Assembly (NCBI GenBank): GCA_951406725.2
Contig: OX597829.1
Location: 53,320,001-53,384,000, forward strand
From: Octopus vulgaris
Taxonomy: Eukaryota
Direction: 5' to 3'
DNA: 64,000 nucleotides
Part shown: in pieces, positions 39,296 to 49,490 of the stretch
Numbering within the stretch: position 1 is the first letter of the stretch
Layout of the letters: every line of letters begins with the position of its first letter
Position numbers and translations under genes: made by a program
The notes under the pieces: generated by a model
Told to the model about the DNA's origin: nothing
The model's database searches: none
The model's input: only the letters and a program-made list of their open reading frames with translations

Positions 39296-39565
39296 GGGCA
39301 TGTGTCGTAGTGGTTAAGAGCACGGGCTACTAACCCCAAGATTCCGAGTTCAATTCCAAACGGTGACCCGAACAACAATAATAATAATAATAATATCGAA
39401 AAATACCTTAGGAATGAGAACCCAGGTTCAAAATTTCCTCAAGATACCTGAAGAAGGCTGGAGGGTATATCAGCCGAAATGTTGTCTTAACAACAAACAA
39501 GATGAGGGCAAATATCCGTCGAATGTAAATAGTGTACATAATTCCTCATCTCTTAAATATAGAAC
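39296..39565 (+). mobile_element. tRNA-headed SINE-like element containing a hammerhead-like motif
   Basis: A-box-like TGTCGTAGTGG; B-box-like GAGTTCAATTCC; (AAT)n linker; its 3' end is repeated at ~43612-43662. Confidence 0.75.
39444..39487 (+). ncRNA. Minimal type I hammerhead-ribozyme-like motif (degenerate copy)
   Basis: ATAC-CTGAAGA-A-GGCTG-(10-nt loop)-CAGCC-GAAA-TGT-T-GTCT: both core boxes flank a perfect 5-bp stem II; stems I and III are imperfect. Confidence 0.55.
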
Positions 39566-40227
39566 AAGATGCACATTTGTTTGTTAAAATAATATTGGGA
39601 CATTCTTCATTCACCCACTAATCAAATTGATAGTTTGTAATACCTATTTTTAGTTATAAACTATTACCATAGACAATGGGTTGGGCATAAAGATGGGAAC
39701 TAAACAGGAAACTGCGAGGACATGAAACAGTGTAATGGTAAATGGGAACAACCCCCACTTTCCTGAGTCAACTCATTTTACTCAGATGCATATTTGTTTA
39801 TTAAAATAATATAGGGACATTCATTATTCAGCCACTAATCGTATTAGTAGTTTGTAATACCTATTTTTAGCAATAAACTATTACCACAAAAGTTAATAAA
39901 ATATTTAATGGCTTAATTACATCTAACTGGTTCAAAAATTTATATATTGACATAGGACTGGGGTTAGGAGTGGGTGCAGAACTAAAACGGGAACTTAACT
40001 GGGAACGGGATAGGACATGAAACAGTGTAATGGGAATAGGAACTGGAAATAATCCCCTGCTTTTCTGGGTATTACCGGGTAATTCAGCTAGTATGTATGT
40101 ATGTATATATATATGTGCATGTGTGTATCTCATGTTTTGAGTTCTAATTTTCCTGTTTGTAAAATATACCTATGCATGTGTGTGTGTATAAATATGTATA
40201 TATAGGTACAGATAAATACCGACATAT

Positions 40228-40540
40228 GCAAGCATGGTTGTGTGGTAAAAAGTTTGCTTGCCAACCACATGGTTCCCGGTTCAGTCCCACTGTATGGCAC
40301 TTTGGGTAAATGTCTTGAACTATTGCCCTGGGCTGGCCAAAGTCTTGTGAATTGATCTGGTAGGCAGAAACTGAAATAAACCTGTCATACATATGGTGTG
40401 TGTGTCTTTGCGTTTTTGTTTGTCCCCCATCATTGTTTTACAACTGATGTTGGTTTAAGTCCCTGTAACTTAGCAGTTTGGCAAAAAAGAACTGATATAA
40501 TAAGTACAAGGCTTTAAAAAATAAATATTAGAGTTGATTC
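40228..40540 (+). mobile_element. SINE, same family; 3' end displaced to ~41385-41465 by a fold-back insert
   Basis: Similarity to 35263-35675. Confidence 0.75.
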
Positions 40541-40938
40541 ATTATGCCTATATAATTAACACACACACTTGTTCAATTCCACTCTCTTTATTATTATTAT
40601 TATTATTATTCAGTTGGTTAAATATCCAACTAATTTGTTTTGTTTTTGAAAGCTCCTTCGTTACTTCTTGCAACCTTTTCAGTGACTATTTACTTAGTCC
40701 GTTATAGAGGTTGTGTTTGCCTGTTTGAGATTTGTTGTGTGTGTGTGTGTGTGTGCCAGCATGCACATATGCTTGTGTACATATTTATTCTGCATATTCG
40801 TGTGTGTGTGCATGCTTGTCTTTACGTATGTATGTGTGTGTGTGTGTACCTCTGCTTCCTTTGTGTATGTGTTTGAGTGTCTATACGTATGAGTTTGTGT
40901 GAGTATACACGTGTGCTTGTTGTGTATGTATGTGTGGA

Positions 40939-40980
<42 letters not shown>

Positions 40981-41949
40981 TCGTGTGTTTCTGCCTTGTG
41001 TGTGCTTGTCTGTCTGTATTGCCTATGTACATACCTATCTATCTATTTATCTATCTACCTACTTAAGTAAGTAGGTAGATAGATAGATAGATAATTACGT
41101 ACGTAGGTTCATACATAATACCCTCATAAGGAAACAGAAACACATGATCATATATACATACACGCATATAGGCACACTTGCAACACACAACAGGCACATA
41201 CTCACACAAGTTCACACTTATAGACGTGCTCAAACATGTACACTAATAATAGAGAAAAGGAGTGGAATCGGACCAGCATGTGTGTTAACTATATTGGCAT
41301 AATGACTCTCCCTAGTCAACAAAATTTGTTTTAACACACAAATTCACATTAAGAATCTTTTAGACCAGATACAAGACTGTATGAGAGTTGATTTATTCAA
41401 CAAACCCCTTCAAAGCAGTGCCCCAGCATTGCTGCAGTCCAGTGACTGAAACAAGTAAAAAAAAAAGATGTGTGTATGTGCATATATGTTGTACAGTAAA
41501 TTTGCCAAAGGAATGAAAAATCCATTTCTTGAGAGAGGACTGTGTCTGAAATGTTGGATTTTCCCACTCATGGCAAGTTTATTGTGCTATTTTTATCAAT
41601 TTTACCACCCAATATATCTTGCCAATGCAAGACATCTGCCTCATTGAATTCTGTTTGATCATTCATTCATACATACATACTCATTCCATGCTGGCATAGG
41701 TTAGAACACTTGGCTGGAACTGGTAAGCTGGAGAGCTACACCAGGTTCCAGTCTGAATTTGGCTTGGTTTATTTATTCCTAATTTCAAATTTGCTCTACA
41801 GCACTTTGTTGGTTCAATCTATTCTAGTATTGTAAGGATAATTACACAACATTTAGTACTTTTTCATATATTGAAAGGTATTTAGGAAGTATAATATTAG
41901 TTAGAACAAAAAGAAACTCTGTTCTGTAAATGCCTTGATAACTCTTTCC

Positions 41950-43545
41950 TTAAGATAAGTGCTTTGATGATTGAGATTTTCTGGAGTGTATACTTTCATC
42001 TCTTCTGACTAGAGACCATGTATAATCTCCCATCATAGCAGCATCTCATCGTCCTTGGTATCTTCTTTCCATAGTTGCGATGTCCTGATGAAATCTCTCA
42101 CCATGCTCCTCATTGACATCACCCAAGTTTTCGGGGGAAAAATCTAGGTGAGGGTGCAAAAGATGAACCTTTAAGAACATACGACAACCCATTTTCTCGA
42201 AGTTTTCAATAAGCTTTGCTACCAGTTGTTTGTAACTAGGATCCTTGTGATTTCCTAGGAATCCATCACGAAATGCATACCAAGCTTCTTTTTCAACTTT
42301 TGTCATCACTCTTTCCAGTTTCTTCGACTTTAACATTGCATTTACTTGGGGCCCAACAAATATGCCACCCTTGATCTTAGCCTCAGATAGCTTTGGAAAC
42401 ATGAGACAAATTTCTTGAAAAGCTTCTCCTCTAAAATCTAAGGCCTTCACAAACTGTTCTACCAATCCGAGTTTGATATGAAGTGGGGGGTAATAAGATT
42501 TTGTTGGAATCTACTAGAGGCTGTTTGAGAACATTTAACATTCCTGGCTGCAGTACCACTCGTGGGGCCAATGTACTCTCTTGTAATGATGATCCTCAGC
42601 CCTGCTGTCCCATAAGCAAAGGAAACATGAATACTTTGTGTATCCCCCTTGCAAGCCAAGCAAGAAGGCAAGCATCTTGAAATCACCACAAACATCCCAC
42701 TTGAACTCAGCGTAATTTATTTTGTAGAGAAGTTCTTTGACATTATCGTAATTTTCTTGTTTCTGTATGGAGTGTGCAAGAGGCAAAGAAGGATATTTAT
42801 TTCCATTGTGGAGCAACTCTGCTTTGAGACTTCGTGTTTAGCTATCTATGAACTGTTGCCATTCTGCAGAATCATGCTTGAGTCCAATAGCAGTAAACAA
42901 ACCAATCACATCCTTACAATAACGCAGATCCTTAATATTTTCATAGTAAATTTAAAATTCTTCATGGTGTTTCTGGTACACAGATGTTTGCAGTCTTCCC
43001 CCAGTAGATTCCAGTCTTTCAACCTTGATGAAAGAAGTTCAGCTCCTGACTTAGTAAGACCCAGATCCCTGATTAAATCATCTAGCTCACTCTGATTTGG
43101 AAAGTGAGGCTCCAAAGTCGTTCTTGGTACGAAAGCTTCCTCCATGTCTTGGCTGCTGCAACTTGTTGACTCTTCAGATGAAATATTTTCTGGTGGTAGT
43201 GGGACTAGTGCTCTAGATGATGGTATGTCTGGATACTGAAGAGCTTGTCTTCCTTTCACTTTTCTGTACTTTGTCACATCGATCATACAAAAGTAGCAGT
43301 CATCATGATGGTTCTTTGGCTCTCTCCATACCCTTGGAATGGCAAAAGGCATTGACCTGCCTGTACCTCTTAACCATCCTTCTAGAGTAGATCGACAGCT
43401 TCCACATATTATGTGGGACCCATGGTTTGTCTTGATCATCCATGGGCATTCCAAAATAGTTTGCACACTATCCACAATTTGGCACCTTTCACGATCTTAT
43501 GTAATACCTGCTTTTTTTCCAATATAATAACCACACACTTAGCAA
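41950..43545 (-). pseudogene. Decayed Chapaev3-like (CMC superfamily) DNA transposase
   Basis: Frameshifted pieces: HIICGSC, MPFAIPRVWREPKNHHDDCYFC, NQSELDDLIRDLGL, CGDFKM..LLGLQGGYTKYSCFLCLWDSR, EAKIKGGIFVGPQ, EEHGERFHQD..MERRYQG. Family assignment is from recalled motifs; TIRs not found. Confidence 0.8.
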
Positions 43546-43689
43546 AATGTATCTACAATAAATTTTTTTTTTTTCTTTAAATTATGTTGTTTTATACTCT
43601 ATATACAAATGTCTGTCAAATATAAATAATGTACATAATTCCTCATCTCTTAAATATAGAACTGTATATTATACTCTCCTTTAACTTAA

Positions 43690-44330
43690 TGGGAAGTTTA
43701 CCACTTGCAAGAAAGCTCTGGAAGAGGATCTGCAGTGATCTTGCTAGGGTCTGTATTCTTTAGAATTGTTGGTAATCCATTAAGACTAGTAACTGAGTTA
43801 ATTTTATCAATGGCTGATATTACATCCATTTCTTCTTTGTCAATGTAATCAATAATTACCATTCCTCCATACAGAGCTGTGGTGTCAAAGAACTCATTTG
43901 GCATATTTACTTGTAAGTGTCCTAAAGAAGATATGAAAACACCTTTGTATCGTACATTCAATGTTTCACTTATCCTTTGGAGGTCTGCAATTAGGGAATC
44001 ATATTCTTCAAATAACGACCCCTATCTTGTACCATACTGAAGCAGACTCTTGTAAATCTGAAGAAAGCTCAAGGTTTTGTCCTTACATTTTTACATCCCT
44101 AACATATTTTTTTTGCACTCTCCTTTTCATAGGAGTGCTTAAGTTCATTTTCAATTTCAAGCAGTGTTTGTTTGCGATAAGATTCTTCACTGTGTTTTAA
44201 TAGACAATGTGCTTTTAACCAAAGAAATCCTTTTGTTACCAGTTGATCATTAAATACACAACACCAACAGAAGCAAGTATACGAGAAATGAATGGAAACA
44301 ATAAAAGATATGTACAAGGATTATAGGGTG
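43690..44330 (-). mobile_element. Highly decayed LINE ORF2 fragment (CR1/L2-like)
   Basis: KP*AFFRF and DVISAIDKIN..LNGLPTILK resemble the pre-RT NPKxFF and GPDG regions. Confidence 0.45.
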
Positions 44331-44579
44331 AAGCCAATTACCATTGCAAAAATAGGATTAAAGAATAGTTCAAATATATATAAGATATTAATACAGTGAT
44401 AGAAATAATAAAATAGAATTATATATATCATCATCATCATCATTTAGCGTCCGCTTTCCATGCTAGCATGGGTTGGACGGTTCAACTGGGGTCTGTGAAG
44501 CTGGAAGGCTTCGTCAGGCCCAGTCAGATCTGGCAGTGTTTCTACGGCTGGATGCCCTTCCTAACGCCAACCACTCCGT

Positions 44580-45130
44580 GAGTGTAGTGGGTGCTTTTTA
44601 CGTGCCACCTGCACAGGTGCCAGACAGAGCTGGCAAACGGCCACGAACGGATGGTGCTTTTACGTGTCACCGGCACGGGGCCCAGCGATGCTGGCAACGG
44701 ACACGAACGGATGGTGCTTTTACGTGCCACCGACACGGGGCCAGACAGAGCTGGCAAACGGACGGTGCTTTTACGTGTCACCGGCACAGGGGCCAGGCGA
44801 GGCTGGCAATGGACACGAACGGATAGTGCTTTTACGTGCCACCGACACGGGGCCAGACAGAGCTGGCAAACGGCCATGGACGGACGGTGCTTTTACGTGT
44901 CACCGGCTCGGGGGCCAGGCGAGGCTGGCAACGGACACGAACAGATGGTGCTTTTACGTGCCACCGACACGGGGGCCAGACAGAGCTGGCTAACGGCCAC
45001 GAACGAATGGTGCTTTTACGTGTCACCGGCACGGGGCCAGGCGAGGCTGGCAACGGACACGAACGGATGGTGCTTTTACGTGTCACCGACACGGGGGCCA
45101 GGCGAGGCTGGCACCGGACACGAATGGATG
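44580..45130. repeat. ~60-bp tandem minisatellite in the RTE 3' UTR (~9-10 units)
   Basis: Unit ggcaacgg(c/a)cacgaacggatggtgcttttacgtg(c/t)caccggcacggggccag repeats without unique spacers. Confidence 0.92.
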
Positions 45131-45178
45131 GTTCACTTAACCACTGCTTTCTGATATATGATTTGATTTTGATTGTTC

Positions 45179-47479
45179 TCACTGGTCTTGCCGGGTCTTC
45201 TCACGCACGGCATACTTCCATAGGTCTCGGTCTCTGGTCATTTCCTTGGTGAGACCTAGAGTTCGAAGGTCGTGCTTCACCACCTCGACCCAGGTTTTCC
45301 TGGGTCTACCTCTTCCACAGGTCCCCTCAACTGCCAGGGTGTGGCACTTTTTCACACACCTATCTTCATCCATTCTCGCCTCATGACCATACCAGCGCAA
45401 TCGTCTCTCTTGCACACAACATCTGATGCCTCTTAGGTCCAACTTTTCTCTCAAGGTACTTACACTCTGTCGACTATGAACACTAACATTACACATCCAA
45501 CGGAGCATACTAGCTTCATTTCTTGCGAGCTTACGCAAATCCTCAGCAGTCACAGCCCAAGTTTCACTACCATGTAGCATGGCTGTACGTACACATGCAT
45601 CATACAGTCTGCCTTTTACTTTGAGCGAGAGGCCTTTTGTCACCAGTAGGGGTAAGAGCTCTCTAAACTTTGCCCAGGTTATTCTTACTCTAGCAGTTAA
45701 ACTTTCAGCACACCCGCCCCCGCTACTGACTTGGTCACCTAGGTAGCGGAAGCTATCAACTACTTCTAGTTTTTCTCCCTGAAACATGATAGAAGTTGGT
45801 CTCTGCATATTTTCAGAGTTTATTGCTCCTGAGCATCTGCCACAGATAAAAACCATCTTCCTAGTTAGCCTTCCTTTGACATTGCTGCACCTCTTATGTG
45901 TCCATAGCTTACATTTGGTGCATCTTATAGAGTTTCTACCTACACCTTTTCTACAAATCGAGCAAGGCCATCTACCTGAAGGCGTTTGTGATTGGTCTAC
46001 CTTCCTACTTATTAGGACTTTGGTTTTGGCTAGGTTGATTCTAAGGCCCTTCGATTCTAAACCTTGCTTCCACACCTGAAACTTCTCCTCCAGTTCTGAT
46101 AGAGACTCAGCAATTAGAGCAAGGTCATCAGCATAGAGGAGCTCCCAGGGGCATCCTGTCTTGAATTCCTCCGTTATTGCCTGGAGGACTATGATAAATA
46201 GGAGGGGACTGAGGACTGAACCTTGGTGGACCCCAACCTCTACCCTGAATTCTTCACTGTACTCGGTGCCAACCCTCACCTTACTAGCAGCGTCTCTGTA
46301 CATGGCTTGTACAGCTCTCACTAACCATTCATCTATCCCTAGTTTCCTCATTGACCACCAGATAAGGGATCGGGGGACCCTGTCGAAGGCTTTCTCCATA
46401 TCGACAAAAGCCAGGTATAGGGGCTTGTCTTTGGCTAGGTATTTCTCCTGCAGCTGTCTTACCAGGAAAATAGCATCAGTAGTACTTTTCCCTGGCACGA
46501 ACCCAAACTGCATCTGATCTAAGCTAACTCTCTCTCTAATTTGTTGGGCTATAACCCTCTCTGTAACCTTCATTACCTGATCTAGCAGCTTGATACCCTT
46601 GTAGTTATTTGTATCTAGAGCGTCACCTTTACCTTTGTAGCAGTTGACTATTATGCTGCTACACCAGTCATTGGGAATGACTCCTTCGTGTATCACCTGG
46701 TTAACTATACGGGTGACTAGGCTATAGCCAGCACTACCAGATATTTTGAGCATCTCTGCAGTAATTCCTGATGGGCCTGGGGCTTTCCCTGTTTTCATGC
46801 TTGTAATTGCCTTATCTACTAAGGAACTGTCAACTCGGATTGCTGGTCCCTCTGTTGGGTCAACATTCGGCAGACTCTCTTTATCCCCTTCATTTTCCTC
46901 ATTCAGCAACCTTTCATAGTGGCGTCTCCAAACCTCTCTCTTTGCATCCTCATTTAGCGCAAGTGAACCGTCATCCTTGCAAACACATTTCTCTCCTACC
47001 ACGTCACGATTCTCTCTCACACACTGTCTTGCAACACGAAATACCTCAAGTCTTTCATCTTCATGGCGCAGGACATTGGCAAATTTTTTCTTATCTGCTT
47101 CCCCTCTGGCTAAATACACCTGCCTCCTAGCCTCCCTTCTTGCAGTCCGATACACTTCCCTGCTACCACCGTTCTTCCAGTCCTTCCAAGAATGTTTCTT
47201 TTGTCTAATAGCCCTGTCAACAGTATTGTTCCACCACCATGTTATTTTGGGTCTTGTGGGGACTTTGCACCAGCCACAGATCTGGTCTGTGGCTTTCAGC
47301 AGGTTGTCCCTTAGAAGCGCCCAGTTATCTTCTACCCCATGTGTAGCTATACCCCCTTCTATTTCGTCGAAGGCTTCAAGTAACATGTCTCTAAATCTCT
47401 GTCCATTTGCAGGGTCTTTAAGCTTCCAGACCCTTCTTCTCCATGTTGGTCGTCCTCTTAGTCCTGATTCTAAAGTCAC
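45179..47479 (-). CDS. RTE reverse transcriptase ORF (766 aa open, N-truncated) with internal C4HC3 finger
   Basis: Motifs FVDMEKAFDRV, GVHQGSVLSPLLF, LLYADD, FRYLG, RRLRWYGH and RGRPRKTW, typical of RTE ORF2. Confidence 0.93.
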   Translation of the reverse strand: MTLESGLRGRPTWRRRVWKLKDPANGQRFRDMLLEAFDEIEGGIATHGVEDNWALLRDNLLKATDQICGWCKVPTRPKITWWWNNTVDRAIRQKKHSWKDWKNGGSREVYRTARREARRQVYLARGEADKKKFANVLRHEDERLEVFRVARQCVRENRDVVGEKCVCKDDGSLALNEDAKREVWRRHYERLLNEENEGDKESLPNVDPTEGPAIRVDSSLVDKAITSMKTGKAPGPSGITAEMLKISGSAGYSLVTRIVNQVIHEGVIPNDWCSSIIVNCYKGKGDALDTNNYKGIKLLDQVMKVTERVIAQQIRERVSLDQMQFGFVPGKSTTDAIFLVRQLQEKYLAKDKPLYLAFVDMEKAFDRVPRSLIWWSMRKLGIDEWLVRAVQAMYRDAASKVRVGTEYSEEFRVEVGVHQGSVLSPLLFIIVLQAITEEFKTGCPWELLYADDLALIAESLSELEEKFQVWKQGLESKGLRINLAKTKVLISRKVDQSQTPSGRWPCSICRKGVGRNSIRCTKCKLWTHKRCSNVKGRLTRKMVFICGRCSGAINSENMQRPTSIMFQGEKLEVVDSFRYLGDQVSSGGGCAESLTARVRITWAKFRELLPLLVTKGLSLKVKGRLYDACVRTAMLHGSETWAVTAEDLRKLARNEASMLRWMCNVSVHSRQSVSTLREKLDLRGIRCCVQERRLRWYGHEARMDEDRCVKKCHTLAVEGTCGRGRPRKTWVEVVKHDLRTLGLTKEMTRDRDLWKYAVREKTRQDQ

Positions 47480-47542
47480 TGACTACCAGTCTATGTTGTG
47501 GGGTACATTCTTCGCCTGGGAAGGTTTTGGCATTTATATATA

Positions 47543-48737
47543 TAGGGGTTGGACAAAATAATGGAAACACCTTAAAATTTCAAACAAATTTATTTTAATG
47601 TGGGTAGTACCGCCTTTGGCAGTAATTACAGCTTGAATTCTACAAGGTATGCACTAGTACAAAGTTGGAATTGTTTCCAAAGGAATTTTTGTCTATTCTT
47701 CAGCTAAAACAGTCTCCAGTTCTTGTAGTGATGATGGTGAAAGATATTGACTCCTTAGTTGTTTTTCTAAAATGCATCCATAAATGTTCAATAATATTGA
47801 GATCTGGGGACTGTGGTGGCCAGATAAGATGTTCAACTTCACTAGAATGTTCCTTGTGCCATTCAGTAACAACTTTAGCTGTGTGAATTGGTGCATTATC
47901 ATCCTGAAAGATTGTGTTTCCCTCCAGAAACAGTTCTGCAACCATAGAATGAATTTGATCAGATAAAATGCTAAAACTAGTCTTGACTATTAACTCTGCC
48001 ATGAAGAGAAACCATTGGGCCAGCGAATTTCCAAGATATAGCTCCCTAGATCATCACAGATCCCCCATGTTTAACAGTTGGAAGAAGGCAGTCTGGGTCA
48101 AATGCTTCTTTTGGCTGTCTCCTAATGTATACTTGGCCAGTTGTTGGAAATAAGGTAAAGGATGACACGTCTGAAAAAATAACATTCATCCACTGCTCTA
48201 GGGACCAATTTTGTACTCCATTCTAAATGCTTTGTAACGTCTGTTTTTGAAAGTAGTGGTTTCCTGATTGCAGCTCCTGGTGAACAGTTTTTGTGGAAAC
48301 TGGGTTCTCAATGTGGTCATTAAGCTCTGCAGTAATTTTGGGAGTTGTACTTTTGTGATCCTTTATAACAATTTGTGTAAGAATTCGGCGGTCCCTATCT
48401 GAAAGTTTTGGTTTTCTTCCAGAGTTTTGTTTGATGAGGAGGTTTTATCCCTCTTTCTCAAAGGCTGTCATCACTTTTGAGACAGTACTTCTTGATACCA
48501 AACATTTCGGCTGTTTTCATTATGCTAGTGCCTGCCATACAAGCACCAACAATTTGACCTCTTTGAAAGTCCAATAGATCTGTCATTTTAATGAATTCTA
48601 ATTACCTTTTGCTGATGTTATCTGAAAAGAAACAGCAATTTTAGCAAAACACATTAAGCAACACTAATAATAAATTAAAAAAAAACATAAAAATGAACAA
48701 GCTTTTGATGGTTTTATAGATATTTCAAAATCATGAT
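47543..48737 (-). mobile_element. Tc1-like DNA transposon, decayed; one TIR visible
   Basis: MTDLLDFQRGQIVGA N-terminus from 48586; FQDDNAPIH...WPPQSPDLNIIEHLW catalytic block; TA followed by TIR-like aggggttggacaaaataatggaaacacc at ~47544. Confidence 0.9.
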
Positions 48738-49490
48738 ACCATTTGTCTCTAATGTTGTCTTTCTCCAAATCCCGGAACCATTACTCCCGTATGTCATGCC
48801 CCCTCCCCTCCGCTCATCTATCGGCCTTCACTCTGTCTCATTTAATTCCTACACTATATGCTTATCTATCTATTGGCCTTCACTCTTTCTCTTTTAATTC
48901 CTAGAGTTGCCAGTTTCGTGGTTTGTGTCGTGTCCCCCCCCCCTCCTTATCACTATGTGTCTCTCTCTATCGGCCGTCACTCTGTCTGTGTCTATATCTC
49001 ACTTTCTTTCGATTACCACCCGCCTTGCCAAGACTTCCTACTTCCCCCCACCACAACTTTCACCACCCTATATAAACTAACGCACGCTTGCTGACCCTTC
49101 TATTGACTCCGATTCCCTGGCTGTAAAATACGAATCTCTGAGGATGAAAAATTTCAGATAAGAGATTTTAAGCTTTCAACTTGTTACTCACCTTTCATTG
49201 TATTTTTGCGAATATCATCATCATAAACCCTTATTATTATTTTCTCGCTATTCTGTCTATTTCAGCGCCATGCCATCATGTAAATATAGTTCTATAGTTT
49301 CGTCTTAAACCCTAGCTCACATATTTCCTTAATTTGCAACATATTCGTCACTCATGAAAATTTATCACACGATCACACAGTCTTTTGTCTCTAATCTTGT
49401 CTTTCTCCAAATCTCGGAACCATTACTCCTGCATGTCAAACAGACACACAGAAACACACACAGACAAACTGCCGTTTATATATAGAGAGA
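48738..49490 (-). mobile_element. Helitron-like non-autonomous fragment (5' end) truncating the Tc1 element
   Basis: Minus strand begins TCTCTATATATAAACGGCAGTTTGTCTGTGTG, similar to the head of 4801-5173; internal ~53-bp direct repeat (48745 and 49386). Confidence 0.55.

Larger units (their letters stand above)
37566..40091 (+). mobile_element. Helitron-like element hosting nested RTE and SINE insertions
   Basis: A|TC start at 37566; 3' ctgggtattaccggg...CTAG|T at 40091; internal ~215-bp tandem duplication (39567-39780 and 39783 onward). Confidence 0.5.
44429..47535 (-). mobile_element. 5'-truncated RTE-clade LINE with tandem-repeat 3' UTR and (GAT)n tail
   Basis: Long RT ORF; only the endonuclease C-terminus remains (NAKTFPGEECTPQHRLVVSDF, in a different frame at ~47460-47535); (CAT)n at 44429; inserted in a TA run. 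Confidence 0.95.

Noticed and set aside
39296-39365. tRNA gene
   Set aside because: Degenerate boxes and no closing acceptor stem; it is the head of a SINE-like element.
41525-41560. Second hammerhead-like motif (cttgagagaggactgtgtctgaaatgtt)
   Set aside because: The core CTGANGA box is not intact and the stems are too short to support a call.
44580-45130. CRISPR-like array of ~60-bp repeats
   Set aside because: No unique spacers, no cas genes, eukaryotic context; it is the RTE 3'-UTR minisatellite.
45179-47479. Autonomous active LINE or domesticated RT gene
   Set aside because: The element is 5'-truncated, with the endonuclease nearly absent and frameshifted; the annotated start is a GTG within the remnant.
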